A DNA stretch of 64,000 nt from NCBI GenBank assembly GCA_963575745.1, contig CAUYUJ010000329.1:1-64000 (forward strand), written 5' to 3'. The DNA is from Prorocentrum cordatum. Lineage: Eukaryota. The position numbers and the translations under genes were made by a program. Below, in pieces: positions 13,266 to 26,900 of the stretch; within the stretch, counting starts at the first letter, position 1, and each line of letters begins with the position of its first letter. Under the pieces are notes generated by a model, which did no database searches, was not told the DNA's origin, and saw only the letters and a list, made by a program, of their open reading frames with translations.

Positions 13266-14394
13266 CGACTCGCACCGGCGGTCGCCCCGTGTGGGCCGAC
13301 AGCGCCGTGCGCGCGGCCCTGGGCTCGCCCCGAGGTGCTGCGGCCAGCGCTCGGGGCTCCTCTTGTGCTGTACGGATGGCGGGGCTCAGCAGACGGGGAT
13401 TTGTGCACCAGCGGGGAGGGGGCGTTCCACGGGTCGGGCATTGCTAGGTTGCCCGCCTGCGACAGTAGTGCCCGTGCCGCGCGGTCCGGCCGGGCGGGCG
13501 GTCCGGACGGGCCTCCTGCAGGGCGGAAGAGGAAACGGAAAGGGCTCAGTCAGAGCGCCCGATTTGCAGTATCCTGCACAGCCAAGGTTGCATCGACCCG
13601 GGCTTGAGTGCAGGATCCTGCAGGAGGTCGCTAGGTTCCTTCTAGGGTTCTGCTGGGGTCCTGCAGGATTTTGCAGCATCTTGCGAAGCCTGACTGCCTC
13701 GTGTTTGGATTGGCCCGGGTGGTCAGATCCACGAGGACGAAGGATCTGGGGGGGGGGCCATAGGGGGGGGGCGGAGGGGGCCCCGTAGATCCGACGCTCC
13801 CAAAAATTTGGAGCGACGGGTTTTTGGCCGTTTTCGGCCTCTGGGAGCCCTCGCCGGGCCTCGGGGCCGTCAAAAACGATTCAGGACGAGAAGCCGGGCC
13901 CACGCATCGAAAGAATTGGAGCAGCCGGATGTCTGGAGAGGCGGTCGTCTGGAAGGTGGTGTCCACGGTTCCTTGGCTTGTCCCGAGGGCAATCGGATCC
14001 GTTTCGTTCCGACTTCGCGACACAGATCACGATGGGGCACGTCGTTCTTTTCATCCCAGGGTTCTGACGCGGGGGGTGGCGCCTTATGGGAAGCCAAGGG
14101 GGTTTTCGGAGGAGTCTGCAGAAGGCATCGGAGGCTTCCAGGAAGGCCGCCCATGATAGAAGGCGGGCGGGCTTCTAGGGAGCCTCCCTGCCCTCGCCGA
14201 CGGCCAGCCCCCCCACCCCCACCCCCAGACATCCGGCTGCTTCAATGTTTTCGATGCGTGGGCCCCGGAGGTCTGGACCACTTCCCCGAGGGCCCGACGT
14301 CTCGTCCTGAGTCGTTTTTTGACGGCCCCGAGGCCAGGCGAGAGCTCCCGAAGGTTGAAAACGGCCCAAACCCCGCCGCCCCAAACTTTCTGGA

Positions 14395-14432
<38 letters not shown>

Positions 14433-14639
14433 CCCCCTCCCGTCCTCCGCGCCGCTGGCGGGCCCACGCCGCGGACGATTCCGCGGGCCTGCTGGAGCGC
14501 CGGATCTGTGGGCCCCTCCTGCGCGCCGCCAGGAGCTGCCGATGGGCCGCTCGTCGGACGATGACGGGGACCTCCTCGAGCACGGCGGGCTGCCGCGGGG
14601 GCTCTCCGTGTTCCGCACGGCCTCCAGGCCCCCGAGGGG

Positions 14640-15090
14640 AGGAGGATGGAGGAGGAGGAGGAAGAGAAAGAGGAGGAGAGACAGCAGGAGGAGGAGGATG
14701 AGGAGGAAAAATAAGAAAAATGATAAGGATAATAACAACAAGAGTATGATACTAATAATACGAATGATAATAATGAAAATACTAATAATAATATAAATGA
14801 TAAGAAGAAGAATAATACTAGTAATATTATTATTATTACTAATACTAATAATATTAATAATAGTAATGAGGATAATAATAATAATAATAAAACTCATGAT
14901 AATAGTAATTGTGATAATAGTACCATTAATAATACGAATAATAATATTCAAAAGTAGCAGTAATAATAACGAGAAGAAGAGGAGGAGGCGGAGGAGGAGG
15001 AAGAGGAGGAGGAGGAGGAGGAGGCGGAGAAGAAGGAGGAGGAGGGAGGAGGAGGGCGGAGGAGGGCGGAGAAGGAGGAGGAGGAAGTCT
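14640..15090. repeat. (GGA)n-(AAT)n-(GGA)n compound microsatellite
   Basis: Directly visible. Confidence 0.9.
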
Positions 15091-16468
15091 AGGGAATCGT
15101 ATGTGGCCGGTTCCGCCTTCTGCCGACATCCGAATTTCAATGGCATAGCTACACTTGGAACCGATACGGGGACCGAGGTAACTGGCATTGGGCTTTGGGG
15201 GCGGCGGGCAGGGTGATGTGTCCCGTCCCGACGGCACGCGCTTGGACCCCAGCCCCCTCTCCCAGAAACAACGGGCAACATGTCTTGTTAGTCATGGTTT
15301 GTTTTACATCCTATCTCGGCGAGGGCCCCGTCCTAGAAGCTGATTTGCACCCTCGTTGATCGCAACCAGCTCGCTGAGTACCTGGTGGGGCCCTGCCGAC
15401 AAAAAGCTTTAGCATACTGTCCGCATTGAGGATCAACGATGTACCAACAGCGCGGTCAAGAAACGGGTGCTGCGTCACGAGACCTTCCGCCCCCATCCCC
15501 CAAGTCTCCAGCCGCGTCCCCCATTCCCGTATTGCAGTTTGGAACACAATCACAAATTATCTGACGACGTGTGAGTCGCCCATGGAACTTCCGCATCCTG
15601 CCTGAAAAAACGGGCGCCTTCGGAGCAGGGGAGGGTCACCGCTGCCTCCTCAAAGCGCTGGCATCCGAGACGTGCTAGGCTGTCTTCCGTCAGCTCCGCT
15701 GCAGCAGCTCGCATGTCGGGCCAGCTTACGCTCGCAAAGGCGTTGGTGAGATCATATAACTGCACAATGCCTGAGCGCTCCGCGCGTCTTGCGCGCCACA
15801 TCATGATGAGTACATTTGTGATTGCACTCTCCTCGTAGCAGTGGGAAAGAAAGCCATGCGCTTGGGGCGGTATCACAAGGGCTTCAGAGTGAGTGGAGTT
15901 CCAATTCTTACCGAGCGGAGGGAGGCGCTGAATGGTTGTGAGAGTTCTGAGCCCCGGCGCCGTCTCTCCAAAGGGCGTCCTTTCGACCTTCTTGGCCCAA
16001 GGGATCCCCATGCTCGAGTACCAGAAAGCTAGAGTACGAAAACTCATGCGAACTCTAAGACAGATATGTTCCAGATGCTTCCGAACAGAAGCGCTTCTAA
16101 CTCAGGCCCTGGCGCTCCACGCCCTCGGGGCCTACATGAAACCACGGTGGGAGGACACATTCAGATTACCAAAAGTTCCACAGGCGCAGCCGAAGTCGGA
16201 ACATCTTTTCTCCTGGGTGCTTTTGGTGGCCAACGCTCGAAGTGACGAACATCAAGCTTAGCTTTTAGACCGCAATCTATCATGCAAAGGGGTCTCCGTC
16301 GTCAGGTGTAATAGGCGTTCTGGCGCGAGCCCATCTGATCCACTAGTCGGTTTCCTGTGCGGACATTCGTCCTTCCGATCATGGACGAGACAGTTGGTCC
16401 AACCATGTCTGTTCCGTTGGAGGTGCACCCTTGGCGGCGAGGGAGGGACGCTTCCTTGTGTCATAATT

Positions 16469-18349
16469 TGAGAAAGTGCGCCACTGGATCTCCCTGAATA
16501 CACTAAAGGGGGGGGGGTTCAGAACCCCCCCCCCCCTTCCCCCCTTCAAGGGGGGGGGGGGTCCGGACCCCCTCCCCCCCGTAAGGGGGGGGGGGGTCCC
16601 GAACCCCCCCCCCAACCCTTGAAGGGGGTGGGGTCCCAGACCCCCACCCCCTCTTCCCCCCCTTGGCGCTGGAAAGGAGGGGGGGGTCGGATCCCCCCCC
16701 CCTCGTGTAGGGAGTACGGAGTTGGGAGTATGGAGTGGTGAGTAGTGAGTAGTGAGTTAGTGCGTAAGGAGTAGTGAGTATTGGGTAGTGAGTAGTGGGT
16801 AGTGAGTGGCGAGTAGGGAGCAGGGAGTAGGGAGTGGGGAGTAGTGAGTACTGAATAGTGAGTAGTGTGTATTGATAAGTGAGTAGCGAGTGGCGAGTAG
16901 TGAGTAGTGAGTATTGAGTAGCGAGTAGCGAGTAGTAAGTACTGAGTAGGGAGTAGGGAGTAATGAGTAGTGGGTAGTGAGTAGTGGGTAGTGAGTAGTG
17001 GGTGGCGAGTAGTGATTAGTGAGTAGTGCGTAGTGGGTAGTGCGTAGTGCGTAGTGAGTAGTGAGTAGAGAGTAGTGAGTAGTGAGTAGTAAGTAGTGAG
17101 GAGTGAGTAGTGAGTAGCGAGTAGTGAGTAGTGAGTAGTGAGTAGTGAGTACTGAGTAGTACGTAGTGCGTAGTGCGTAGTGAGTAGTGAGTAGTGAGTA
17201 GTGATGAATAGAGAGTAGTGGGTAGTGGCAGTGGGTAGTGAGTAGCGAGTGGGGAGTAGCGAGGCGAGGAGCGAGTAGGGCGTAGTGGGTAGTAAGTAGT
17301 GAGTAGTGAGTGGAGAGTACTCAGTAGTGAGGAGTAAGTAGTGAGTAGTGAGTAACGAGTAGGGAGTAGCCAGTAGTGAGTAGTGAGTAGGGAGTAGGGA
17401 GTAGGGAATAGTGAGCAGTGAGTAATAAGAAGTGGGTAGCGAATAGTGTGTAGTGAGTAGCGATGTGCGAGTAGTGGGTTGTGACTAGTGACGAGTGACT
17501 AGTGATTTGTGACTAGTGACTAGAGACTATGTAGTGACTAGTGATTAGGGAGTAGTCAGTAGGGAGTAGTGAATAGTGAGTAGCAGGGAGTGAGTAGTGG
17601 GTATTGAGTAGCGAGTATGGGAGTAGCGAGTAGTGAGTACTGAGTACTGTGTAGCCAGTACTGTGTAGGGAGTAGCGAGTAGTGGGTATTGAGTAGTGAC
17701 TTGTGGGCAATGAGTAGTTAGTAGTGAGTAGTGAGTAGTGGATAGTGAGTCGTGATTAGTGAGTAGGGAGTAGGGAGTAGTGAGTAGTGCTTAGTGAGTA
17801 GAGAGTATTGAGCAGTGGGTAGTGAGGAGTGGGTAATGAGTAGGGAGGAGGGAGTAGTGAGTAGGGAGTAGTGAGTGGCGAGTAGTGGGTGGTGGGTAGT
17901 GAGTAGTGGATAGTGAGTAGTGAGTCGTGAGTAATGAGTAGGGGGTAGTGAGGAGTGAGTAGCGAATAGCGAGGAGTCAGTAGTGGGTAGTGAGTAATGA
18001 GTAGTGAGTACTCTTTGGGGCTGGGGTCAATGGTTGGGGTTAGGATTAGGGGTTCGGGTTAGGGTGAGGACTAGGGGTAGGGGTGGCGGGGGGGGCGGCG
18101 TGGCGAAAGGGGGGACGGGGGGGGGGTCGGACCCTTCCCCCTTTTGAAAGGGGGGGAGGGGGGGGGGTCCCCGACGACGGATCGGGGAAAGGGGGGAGGG
18201 GGGGGGGGGTTCCCCGACGACGGATCGGGGAAGGGGGGGAGGGGGGGGGGTTCCCCGACGACGGATCGGGGAAGGGGGGGGGGGTCCTAACCCCGTTCCC
18301 CCCCCTACCCCCCCCCTTCCCCTTGGGGAGATCCAGCGGCGCACCCTCA
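16469..18349. mobile_element. Non-autonomous TIR element filled with a 7-bp (GTAGTGA) satellite and G/C-run palindromes
   Basis: TIRs tgagaaagtgcgccactggatctccc / gggagatccagcggcgcaccctca; direct repeat tcataatttga at both junctions (16461-16471 and 18347-18357). Confidence 0.85.
16735..18010. repeat. 7-bp satellite (AGTGAGT/GTAGTGA)n
   Basis: Directly visible. Confidence 0.95.
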
Positions 18350-20319
18350 TAATTTGATCCAGCTGCTCTCCTGGGCAGTCGATATACATCGTGGAGATGC
18401 CACTTGCCCCACTGTTCCTACAACTCATCCACCGATTGTGCTTGAAATGTGTTCCACTCGAGTTTGCGTTCACGCTTCAGATGCGGAGAGAGAAGTCGTA
18501 GTTCGAAAGTGAGTTGCTCAATGTCATAACCTCTATAAGTTTCAAAAATGTATCTCCCTCGGGCTCTTGATTCTGTCGTTGTTGCAGCAGCGAGCGACGG
18601 TGTGTTTGGAGCGTTTGGTATCGTTCATATCGTGCCACTTCTTTGGTGCAAATTTCACTGCTTCCTCGATCATGGTGTCTTCAATCTCTGAACGATAGCT
18701 GTCGGGCAATGTTTTCTGAGTGAACTCCAATACCTCTTCTTCCTCTTCAAGTTTGGCTTCCACAGCTAGTATCAACCCATCACCAAAAATGATCTCCATC
18801 AAAGTCTTCACCATGACATCACGATTCCATTGAGGTCGTTGGTGTGTTGCAGCATGTATTGCTTATGTTTTCCATGATGGTATCCGACACTGCACGTGCA
18901 GGAGCATGTGTTCACGTTGGGCACGAGGAGCGTGTATCAACTGAAGTTGTCGCGCTAGTGTGCCTAGCGTCCCGGCTTTGACCATTTCATCGTCCGCCAA
19001 TTTTTCAGGAATGTATAGATAATCAATAAGCCTCTCTCCGTGATCGCCGTACCATGTATTTTGCCCGTGTTGAGCAGAAGAGGCGTGTAGATGGTGGGCT
19101 TCAAGGGTTCTTCGCATAAGTTGACCAGCGAGATGCTCGCCCCTCGAGCTCACATGGCTGATGACGAATGTCTCAATTTTTCGATCGTCTGGAATTGGGG
19201 TGCGACCCATTCCGTCGATCAAACCCATACATCTAGCTGGAATGCTTATGCTCGGGCCTTCCCCAATAACCAGGACTGTCCATTCATGAAGAGAGCGAGC
19301 ACATCTATCGTACTGTGGGGCCTCGAGCTTCGACTTAGCCTTGAGGGGAGAATGCAAGCACAGGAAGGTGAAATCGTGAATTTTGGAATCGGCACCCGTA
19401 CATCCTCTGCTCGCGAGATCTTGTTCGGGGACCCATCTCTGTCGTGAGTGCTGCTTTTTTGATCTTGCGCCCGAAGCTTAGAGTGATCCCCGCTGTCTTG
19501 TTGGTATGCTTGCCTTTAGACCATCCTCCTTCCTCCCTCCGCCAGTTTTGATGGACAGGGAGGTACAGGGAAACAGGTAGAGAAAAACGAACAACGAAAC
19601 GAAGACAAACCGAAAAACCACGCTTGGGTCCAGCCCTGCCCTCCGCCTGCCATCTAGTCCCCATGCGTCGTCGTTGCACACGGAGGTCCGGCCCCTTGCG
19701 CCAGTGCCTGCCGTCCCCGCCGCGTCGAGGTTGCTACAGGCAAGGCTGATGTCCTCCTGGCACTCGCGGCAGGAGGCGAAGAGGCGGGTAGTGCCCATCG
19801 GTCGTTGAAAGTAGGTATCTCTGGATTCCCAGATTCCACTCTACTGTAAGTGTCTTCCTTCTTCAGTGATCGAGTGGCTTCACCTTTTCCGTCCTCCTTG
19901 GGGGGGGGGACGGAACCCAACATTTTTTCAACGCCTCATATTTCATGTTTCTACCTGATTCTTGCGACATATGGGTAGTGTCCAAAGCGTCAGACATGTG
20001 GGAGATATTGCTGGTCGTCCTGCTGCTGATCCCCTCCACCCAACTCTCGAGAGCACTTTTCAATCTCCAGCTGTAGACATGCCCCCGCGGCCATGCAGGC
20101 CACCAGCAGAAACGGACTCTAGACCTGGCAGGTCATGTGCACCTGAAGATGTCAAATACTTGGTGTCTTCATTGTTTGGACCGCTGCGGCAGCTGGGGGG
20201 AGAAGGAGGGAGGAGGTAGGATGAGGAGGAGGAGGAGGAAGAACAGGAGCAGGAATCGTCAGGGGCCGTCGTGTCGTCGCCGTCGCCGTCGTCGTCGTCG
20301 TCGTCGTCGTCGCCCGCAG

Positions 20320-20455
20320 GGCGAGCTTCAGCGACGGCCTCAAGGACAGGCTCCAGCAGGTGCCCGGCCTCCTCGACCCTGCGGCGGCGCCTTGCGACGT
20401 GCTCTCCGTGTCCGGAGCGGTCCACCGCGTGTTCGAGGCGCCGTCCTCCCTCCAG
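20320..20455 (+). other. Probable isolated exon of an unidentified gene
   Basis: cgcag|G acceptor, GC3-rich codons reading ASFSDGLKDRLQQVPGLLDPAAAPCDVLSVSGAVHRVFEAPSSLQ, flanked by simple repeats. Confidence 0.3.
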
Positions 20456-20984
20456 GGAGGAGGACTTCTGTTCCCCTCGTCTGGCACCACAAATCGGCCC
20501 TGCTTAGAGGAGGAGGAGAAGGAGGAGGAGGAGGAGGAGGAGCTGACGCCGCGGGCGGACCGCCCGCATGGCCTGGCAAAGAAAGAGGAGGAGGAAGAGG
20601 AGGAGGAGGAGGAGGAGGAAGAAGAGGACCAGTGCAAACCCAAGACTCATCAACGATGTTGGGATACACACTCCCTCCAAGCTCGCTCTTCATAGGCCCC
20701 ATACAATGGTTCCCTTCCACTGAGGGAAGTGCCCCGTTGAGAGACAACCGTGTGAAAATCCAGAAGCGTGCCAAAACACCATTCTCAGGAGTTCAACGCC
20801 ACGAGTCAACTTGACTGTTGCGTCTTGACGATTCTGATTCGTGCCAGAACACCATTTCTGGGACTCTAACATCGCGAATCAACGTAACTGATGCGCCCGG
20901 ACAGTCCTGAATCGTTCGAAAACACTTTTCTGTAAGGGTGATCGTGAGAATCCGTGAAGCTATTGAGTTTTTGTTTACGACGAA

Positions 20985-21480
20985 TGCGCACGGCGCGAAG
21001 GCGACAGCCACATTTTGAAAACGACCCGCCTTCTATCCGTGAAGCTTTCGAATCTCGTTTAACGTGAATGTGCGCGGCACTGCAGCGACAGCCACACTTT
21101 TGAAACGACCTGCCTTCAATATATGAAAGCGTTGCAAATGTTTAAGACGAGTGACTGTGAATTTTAAGTTGTTTCACGTGCGTGTGCGCGGCGCTGAGGC
21201 GAGGGCCACATTTCGAAAACGACCCGCCTTCCAAATTTTTCAGATGCATGTGCGCGGCGCTGAGGCGAGAGCCACATTTTGAGAAGGATTACTTTCAATC
21301 CGTGGAACTCTTGCAAATGTTAAAGACGAGTGTGCGCGGCGCTCAGACGAGAGCAACATTTTGAAAACGACCCGCCTTCAATCCGTGAAACTCTTGCACT
21401 TGTTAAAAAGAAACGAATTTGCGCGGCGCTACTGCGAGAGCCATATTTTGGAAACGACCCGCCCTCCATCTGTGAAGCTG
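20985..21480. repeat. ~70-90-bp minisatellite (gcgcggcgct.aggcgagagccacattttgaaaacgacccgcc); related copies at ~27000-27230 and ~11110-11168 (minus)
   Basis: About six recurring units visible. Confidence 0.75.
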
Positions 21481-22369
21481 TTGGCGGTTTATAAGCTTCA
21501 GGCTCATAAGTGGTAAGGCAGTCTCAAGCGAAACGCCTGACCCGCTCTTCCGACTGGCCTCGGGAGGGGACAGGGAGGAGACATATTCACCAGGAAAATG
21601 AATGGGCTTGTGTGTCCGTCTGGCGGCTATGTAGCCGCCGTTGTTGCCCTGTCGCCGCCCCGTCGCCGCCCGTCGTCTGGGCCGGTGTTCTGGTCTGGCG
21701 ACTATGTTGCCGCCGTCGCCGCCCCATCGCCGCTTCGTCGACGCCCGTCGTCTCATGGCGGCAACATCGCAGAGCGGATTTCGTTCGGAAAGCGGTAGGA
21801 TTGGCCTGGATTGTCCTGGAGAATTTCGTTCTGGATTTCGAGGTGAATTTCGTGCGGATCTTTTTTGCCAGGAATGAATGCTTAAAAAAATCAGCGCGAA
21901 GTCCACTTCATTTTTCACTCGCCGTTTCGGGGTTTTGCATTGATAGAAATCCACGCAACAATCCGTTGCAGCACGTCTGCAAGGTCGGTGCAGTGAGTCG
22001 TCTGGGCCTTGCTGTGCATTGCGGTGCGCTGCTTGCGTGTTTCTTAACTGCTGAGCATTGCAAATTGCATTGTTTTGCACTGTTTTGCACTGTTACCTAC
22101 ACAGTGCTTGCTCTTATGGACTTTTGCTTCTGTTCTACGGAACTGGGCCTGACCGCCGGTCTGGCGGCTATGTTGTCGTCGTCGCGGCCCATCGCCGTCT
22201 CGTCGCCGCGCGTCGTATGGGTCTGTCTGCCAGTCTGGCGGCTATGTTGTCACCTTTGCCACCCCGTCGCCGTTTCGTGGCTGCCCGTCGTCAGGGCTTG
22301 TCTGCTGGTCTGGCGGCTACGTTGTCGCCGTCGCCGCCCTGTCGCCGCCTCGCCGCCGCCCTGTCGCCG

Positions 22370-24403
22370 CCCAGATTGCACCACGCAGCTTGCACCAAGC
22401 GGATTGCATCACATAAGTTGCACCACGCAGGTTGCACCGCGTCGATTGCATAGCAAACATTGCGCACCTCATAGATTCGCATCACATTCACTACTCAACA
22501 AAATCGATTCATCCACAAGTATTGCACAACATCGATTCCTCTTTCTGATAAGGAACTTGGATCTACCGCCCCTGCGAGGCCGCGTCTCCCCCCCCAGGGG
22601 CCGTGCAATGTAGATATCACGATGCATCATTCATTCGGAATCTGAACTCATATCATCCCAGCCAAACCGCCCACCTCGTCCCTTTCTGCGCGCACACCCG
22701 TTTACCAAAAATCATCGGTTTTCATCAATGACCCTTTGCAACAGATGGGACCAAGTTCACACGCGCGCGTCGTCGCGTCTGCATGCCGGAATCCATCAGA
22801 AACTTGTGAGTGTCGTACGGATTCCAAGATCGAGTGCCCCGAAACCATATAAACCAAACCACATGGTTGTGCAACATGTTTTTCAAAACGGTATGCGCGC
22901 GCGTTCTTGCGAATTCTTGTTGTTTTGTATCAAAAGATGAACCAGCAACAAACATGTGTTCTATATGCTCATCAAGTGCGACCAAGCGGGCCTCTCGCGC
23001 GCGCATGTCGACATCATTCGAACGCCCTTGCGCGTTTGTTGGGGGGCATGGTCCCTGTCAAAGAATGCCATGCAGGCCATTCGCCCCGCGTGTCGAGATC
23101 CTGCCGAAGCCTTCATCACCCACACGTGGACACCATCATCGTCATCGGCGTGATCAGCATCGGCACCATCATTGGCCTGGCCGTCGTGATCGTCACCATC
23201 GCTAATTACCAGCATTGCTACTATCATCATCGTGTCTGCCATCGACGACGTCGCCATGATACTGCGCCCGCCCGAGTCACCGAGTCGCACTGAAATGCCT
23301 GCGCGTCAGCACAGCCTGCGAAGCGCGCTGGGAAGTTTCCAAGGGTCAGCGCCGCCGCGGCCACGTCCGTCGTGCCAGAGTAGCTGGCCGCTCTGCGCGC
23401 GAGCCTACGCGCTAGCGCGGTCGCTGCGATACGCTAGCCAGCGCCAAACATTCATCGCAGTCGCCCTCGCAAGGCTTTTGCAAACCAGGTTGCGGGTGGG
23501 TGGGTGGCATGATCATGATACCGCGAGCAGTGGAGTTGACAACTCACTGCGAACAGAATCTCTTTGCACCGCATAGATTGCGCCACGTCGGCTGCACCAC
23601 ATAGATGGCACAACATAGATTCCACAGCATATATGGCACCACGCAGGTTGACCACCTCGATTGCGCAACGTAGATTGCGCACCACATCGATTCCCCTTTC
23701 TAAAAGACTAATAGATTCTACCCCCCCCCCGGACTTATCGGTTACCCCGCGCGTGCTGTAAATTACCTGTGCTTCTGACCACATGTCCATTTTAAATATG
23801 AACTCATACCATCCCAGCCAAGCCGGGTTCCCCCCCCTGCGGGTCCCTTGTAAAAAAACACTATGCGGTGACATTTTTTGTTCCAACATAACATTTTTTC
23901 GCGAACCCTTGGCAAAAATGAGACGAAGTGCACACGCGCGCGTCGTGGCGCGCGCATGCCAAAATCATTCAAAAACCTTCGGTTCCGGAGAGAGTTCAAA
24001 ATTGAATTTCCAAACAACATACAAAAACACATGGTTTCGCAACACTGATTCAAAGAAAAACTTACGCGCGAGCTCTTGCGAAATCTTAAGAAAACTATAG
24101 GTTTTCCAAGATTTTCACAAAATGCTACAAACGGGCTTCGCGCGCGCGCATGTCGAAATCTGTCGAACGCTCTTGCGCGTGTGCCGTCGCGAGAATCTTC
24201 TGCAAAAAATGGGACGAAGTGCAGACGCGCGCGTCGTCGCGGGCGTATGCCGAAATCCTTCAAAAACCGTCGGTTTCGGAAGAATTTCGAAATCGTGCGT
24301 CCAAAAAACCTACAAAAACACAAGGTTTCGCAACACGGGTTTTCAACAAAATTGTGCGCGCGCGCTCTTGCGTCGTCGTCGTCGTCGTCGTCCTCCCTCC
24401 TCC

Positions 24404-24442
<39 letters not shown>

Positions 24443-26900
24443 TTCTGTCTTTCCTCGTCGTCTTTGGCGTCGTCGTCGTTTCCGTCGTCGTTGTCGCCGT
24501 GGTCGTCCTTCCTCCCTCGTTGTCTTCGTCGGCGTCTCGTCGTTGTCCCTCCTATTTCGTCGCCGTCGTCGTCGTCGTCGTCGTCGTCGTCTTCACTCCT
24601 CCCTCGTCGTTATCCTCCTCCCTCGTCGTCGTCGTCCGTCGTCGGCGTCTCGTCGTCGTCCCTCCTATTTCGTCGCCGTCGTCGTCGTCTTCGTCGTCGT
24701 TGTCATCGTCGTCGTCTTCCCTCCTCCCTCGTCGTTGTCGTCGTCGGCGTCGCCGTCCTTCCTCCTTCTTCGTCGTTGGCGTCGTCGCCGTCTTCCCTCC
24801 TCCATCGTCGTTGTCGTCGTTGTCGCCGTCGTCGTTTTTTCTCCTCCCTCGTCGTCGTCTCCGTTGGCGACGTCGTCGTCGTCTTCGTCGTCGTCGTCGG
24901 CGTCGTTGTCGTCGTCGTCGGTGTCGTCGTCGTCGTTGTCGTCGTCGAAAACATTGGAGACGTCGTCGGTGTCGTCGCAGTCGCTGTCGGCGGCGCCGTC
25001 GTCGTCGATGTCGCTGTCGTCGTCGGCATCGGTGTCGTGGCCAAGTGCCACGCAGTACCTACCGTGACGGTCTTGTCTGAAGATGTCTTGCGACCAAGTT
25101 GCGGGTGGGAGGGTGGGATGTTTGCACGAGCAGTGGAGAGGACAGCTTCAAGACAGTCGAAGTGGATTGCGCAACGTAGATTGCACCACGCATGTTGCCC
25201 AACATAATTCGCACAGCGTAAATATCACCACATAGATTGCACCACGATGAGTGCACCACATGGATTGAAAACGTTGCACTACATAGACTGCGCGAGAGAG
25301 ATTGCACAACACATGTTGGCCAACGTCGGTCTTTCTTTGTTCGACAGTAACAGGATCTCCCCCTCCCCCCACCAGAGTTCCTCGCTCGTATTGCAATGTG
25401 CAGGTGGTCCTGCCGCATCGTCCATCCGATATGCACTGATATCATCCCAGCCAAGCCGGCAATCCCCCCATGCTTTGCAACAAATGCTATGCGCGCGCAT
25501 TCGTTTATCAACAATCAGCAGTTTTCAAAAACTCCTTTGTACTAGATGAAACGAAGTGCACACGCACGCGTCGTCGCGGGCGCATGCCGAAATCCTTCAA
25601 AAACGCTTGGTGCCGTTAGGATTTCAAAATCGAATGCCCTGAGGACACATAGGAACACATCGCCTCGTAACAAGAATGTTCAAAACAAACCTGCGTTCGC
25701 GCTCTTGCAGGTTATTTAGAAATCTGTTGGTTCTTCAACAGTTCAATCACATGCTACCAAGCATGCCTCTCGCGTGTGCATGGCGAAATCGCTCGAACGC
25801 CCTTGCGCGCGTGCTGTCGCAAGAACCCCTTGCAACTGATGAAACGAAGTGCACACGCGCGCGTCGCCGCGCGCGCATGCCGAAATCCTTCAAAAACCGT
25901 CTGTTTCGCAAGGGGTTCAAAATCGAGTGTCCCGAACACACCTAAGCATGGGCTCGCAACAATAATGTTCAAACAAAGCTTGCGTTTGCATTCTTGTCGG
26001 TTCCTGACAAAACTATGGGTTGTACCACATGTTCAACAAGTTATACCAAACATGCCTCTCGCGTGCGCATGGCGAAATCGCTCGAACGCCATTGCGCGCT
26101 TACTATCGCAAGAATCCCCTGCAACAGCTGGGACGAACTGCGCGCGCGCGTCGTCGCGCGCGCATAAATCGACGCTCTCGAAAACAAGTTTGACAAAATC
26201 ACATGGTTTTGCAACATCAGTTTTCAAACATGCCTGCGTTCGCGCTCCTGCGAGTTCGTAGGACAACCATCGGCATCTCATCAGTTTCATAAAATTCGGC
26301 CAAACGGGCCCTTTGCGCAGCACGTCGCAATTATTCGAACGCCCTTTGCGTGCGTGCTGGACGGGGCACGATCCGTGTCAAATAATTCCATGCGTTCCAC
26401 TCTTGCGCGTCGGCCGCGCGCGCATGCCGAACTCTTTCCAAAACTTTCATCACCGACGCGGGGACGCCGTTATCGTCTTCGGCGTGATCAGCGTCGGCGC
26501 CGTCAGTGGCCTTGCCGTCGTCGTTGTCATCATCGTCACCAGTACCGCTACTACCATCATCATGTATATCTTCGTCGATGTTGCCATGATACCGCGCCCG
26601 CCCAAGTCGCCGACTGGCACGGGGGTGCCCGCTGGGAAGTGCCCAGTGGTCAGCGCCACCGCGGCCGCGTCGGTCGCGCCAAACTAGCTGGCCGTTTCGC
26701 GCGCGAGCATGCGCGGGCAAGCGCGGCCGCAGAGATGCACCAGCCAACGCCAAGCACTCATCGCGATCGCCGCGGCATGGGCTTTGCAAACCAAATTGCG
26801 GGAGGGTGGGTGGAATGGTTGCGCGAACGGTGGAGTTGAAAGCTCAGTGCGATCATACTTTAGATGCATCACATATGTTGCCCACAGGTTGCACAGCATA
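22370..26900. repeat. Composite higher-order repeat, ~3 large units
   Basis: Each unit has (agattgcaccac)-type repeats, then tga/gc(a)ct..(t)a.catcccagccaa (~22643, ~23799, ~25432), then gcgcgcgtcgtcgcg..gcatgccgaaatccttcaaaa repeats and (GTC)n. 23110-23530 resembles 26445-26840. Confidence 0.7.

Larger units (their letters stand above)
15370..19450 (-). mobile_element. Decayed LINE ORF2 (APE endonuclease + reverse transcriptase), split by the 16469-18349 insertion
   Basis: Endonuclease-like RLIDYLYIP...REH at ~18900-19040. RT-like QAHGFL, YDLTNAFASV, SMGD and a degenerate NADS (YADD position) at 15400-15870. Stops and frameshifts are present. Confidence 0.75.

Noticed and set aside
18030..18085. 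Telomere-like TTAGGG variants
   Set aside because: Short, degenerate and internal to a TIR element; not a chromosome end.
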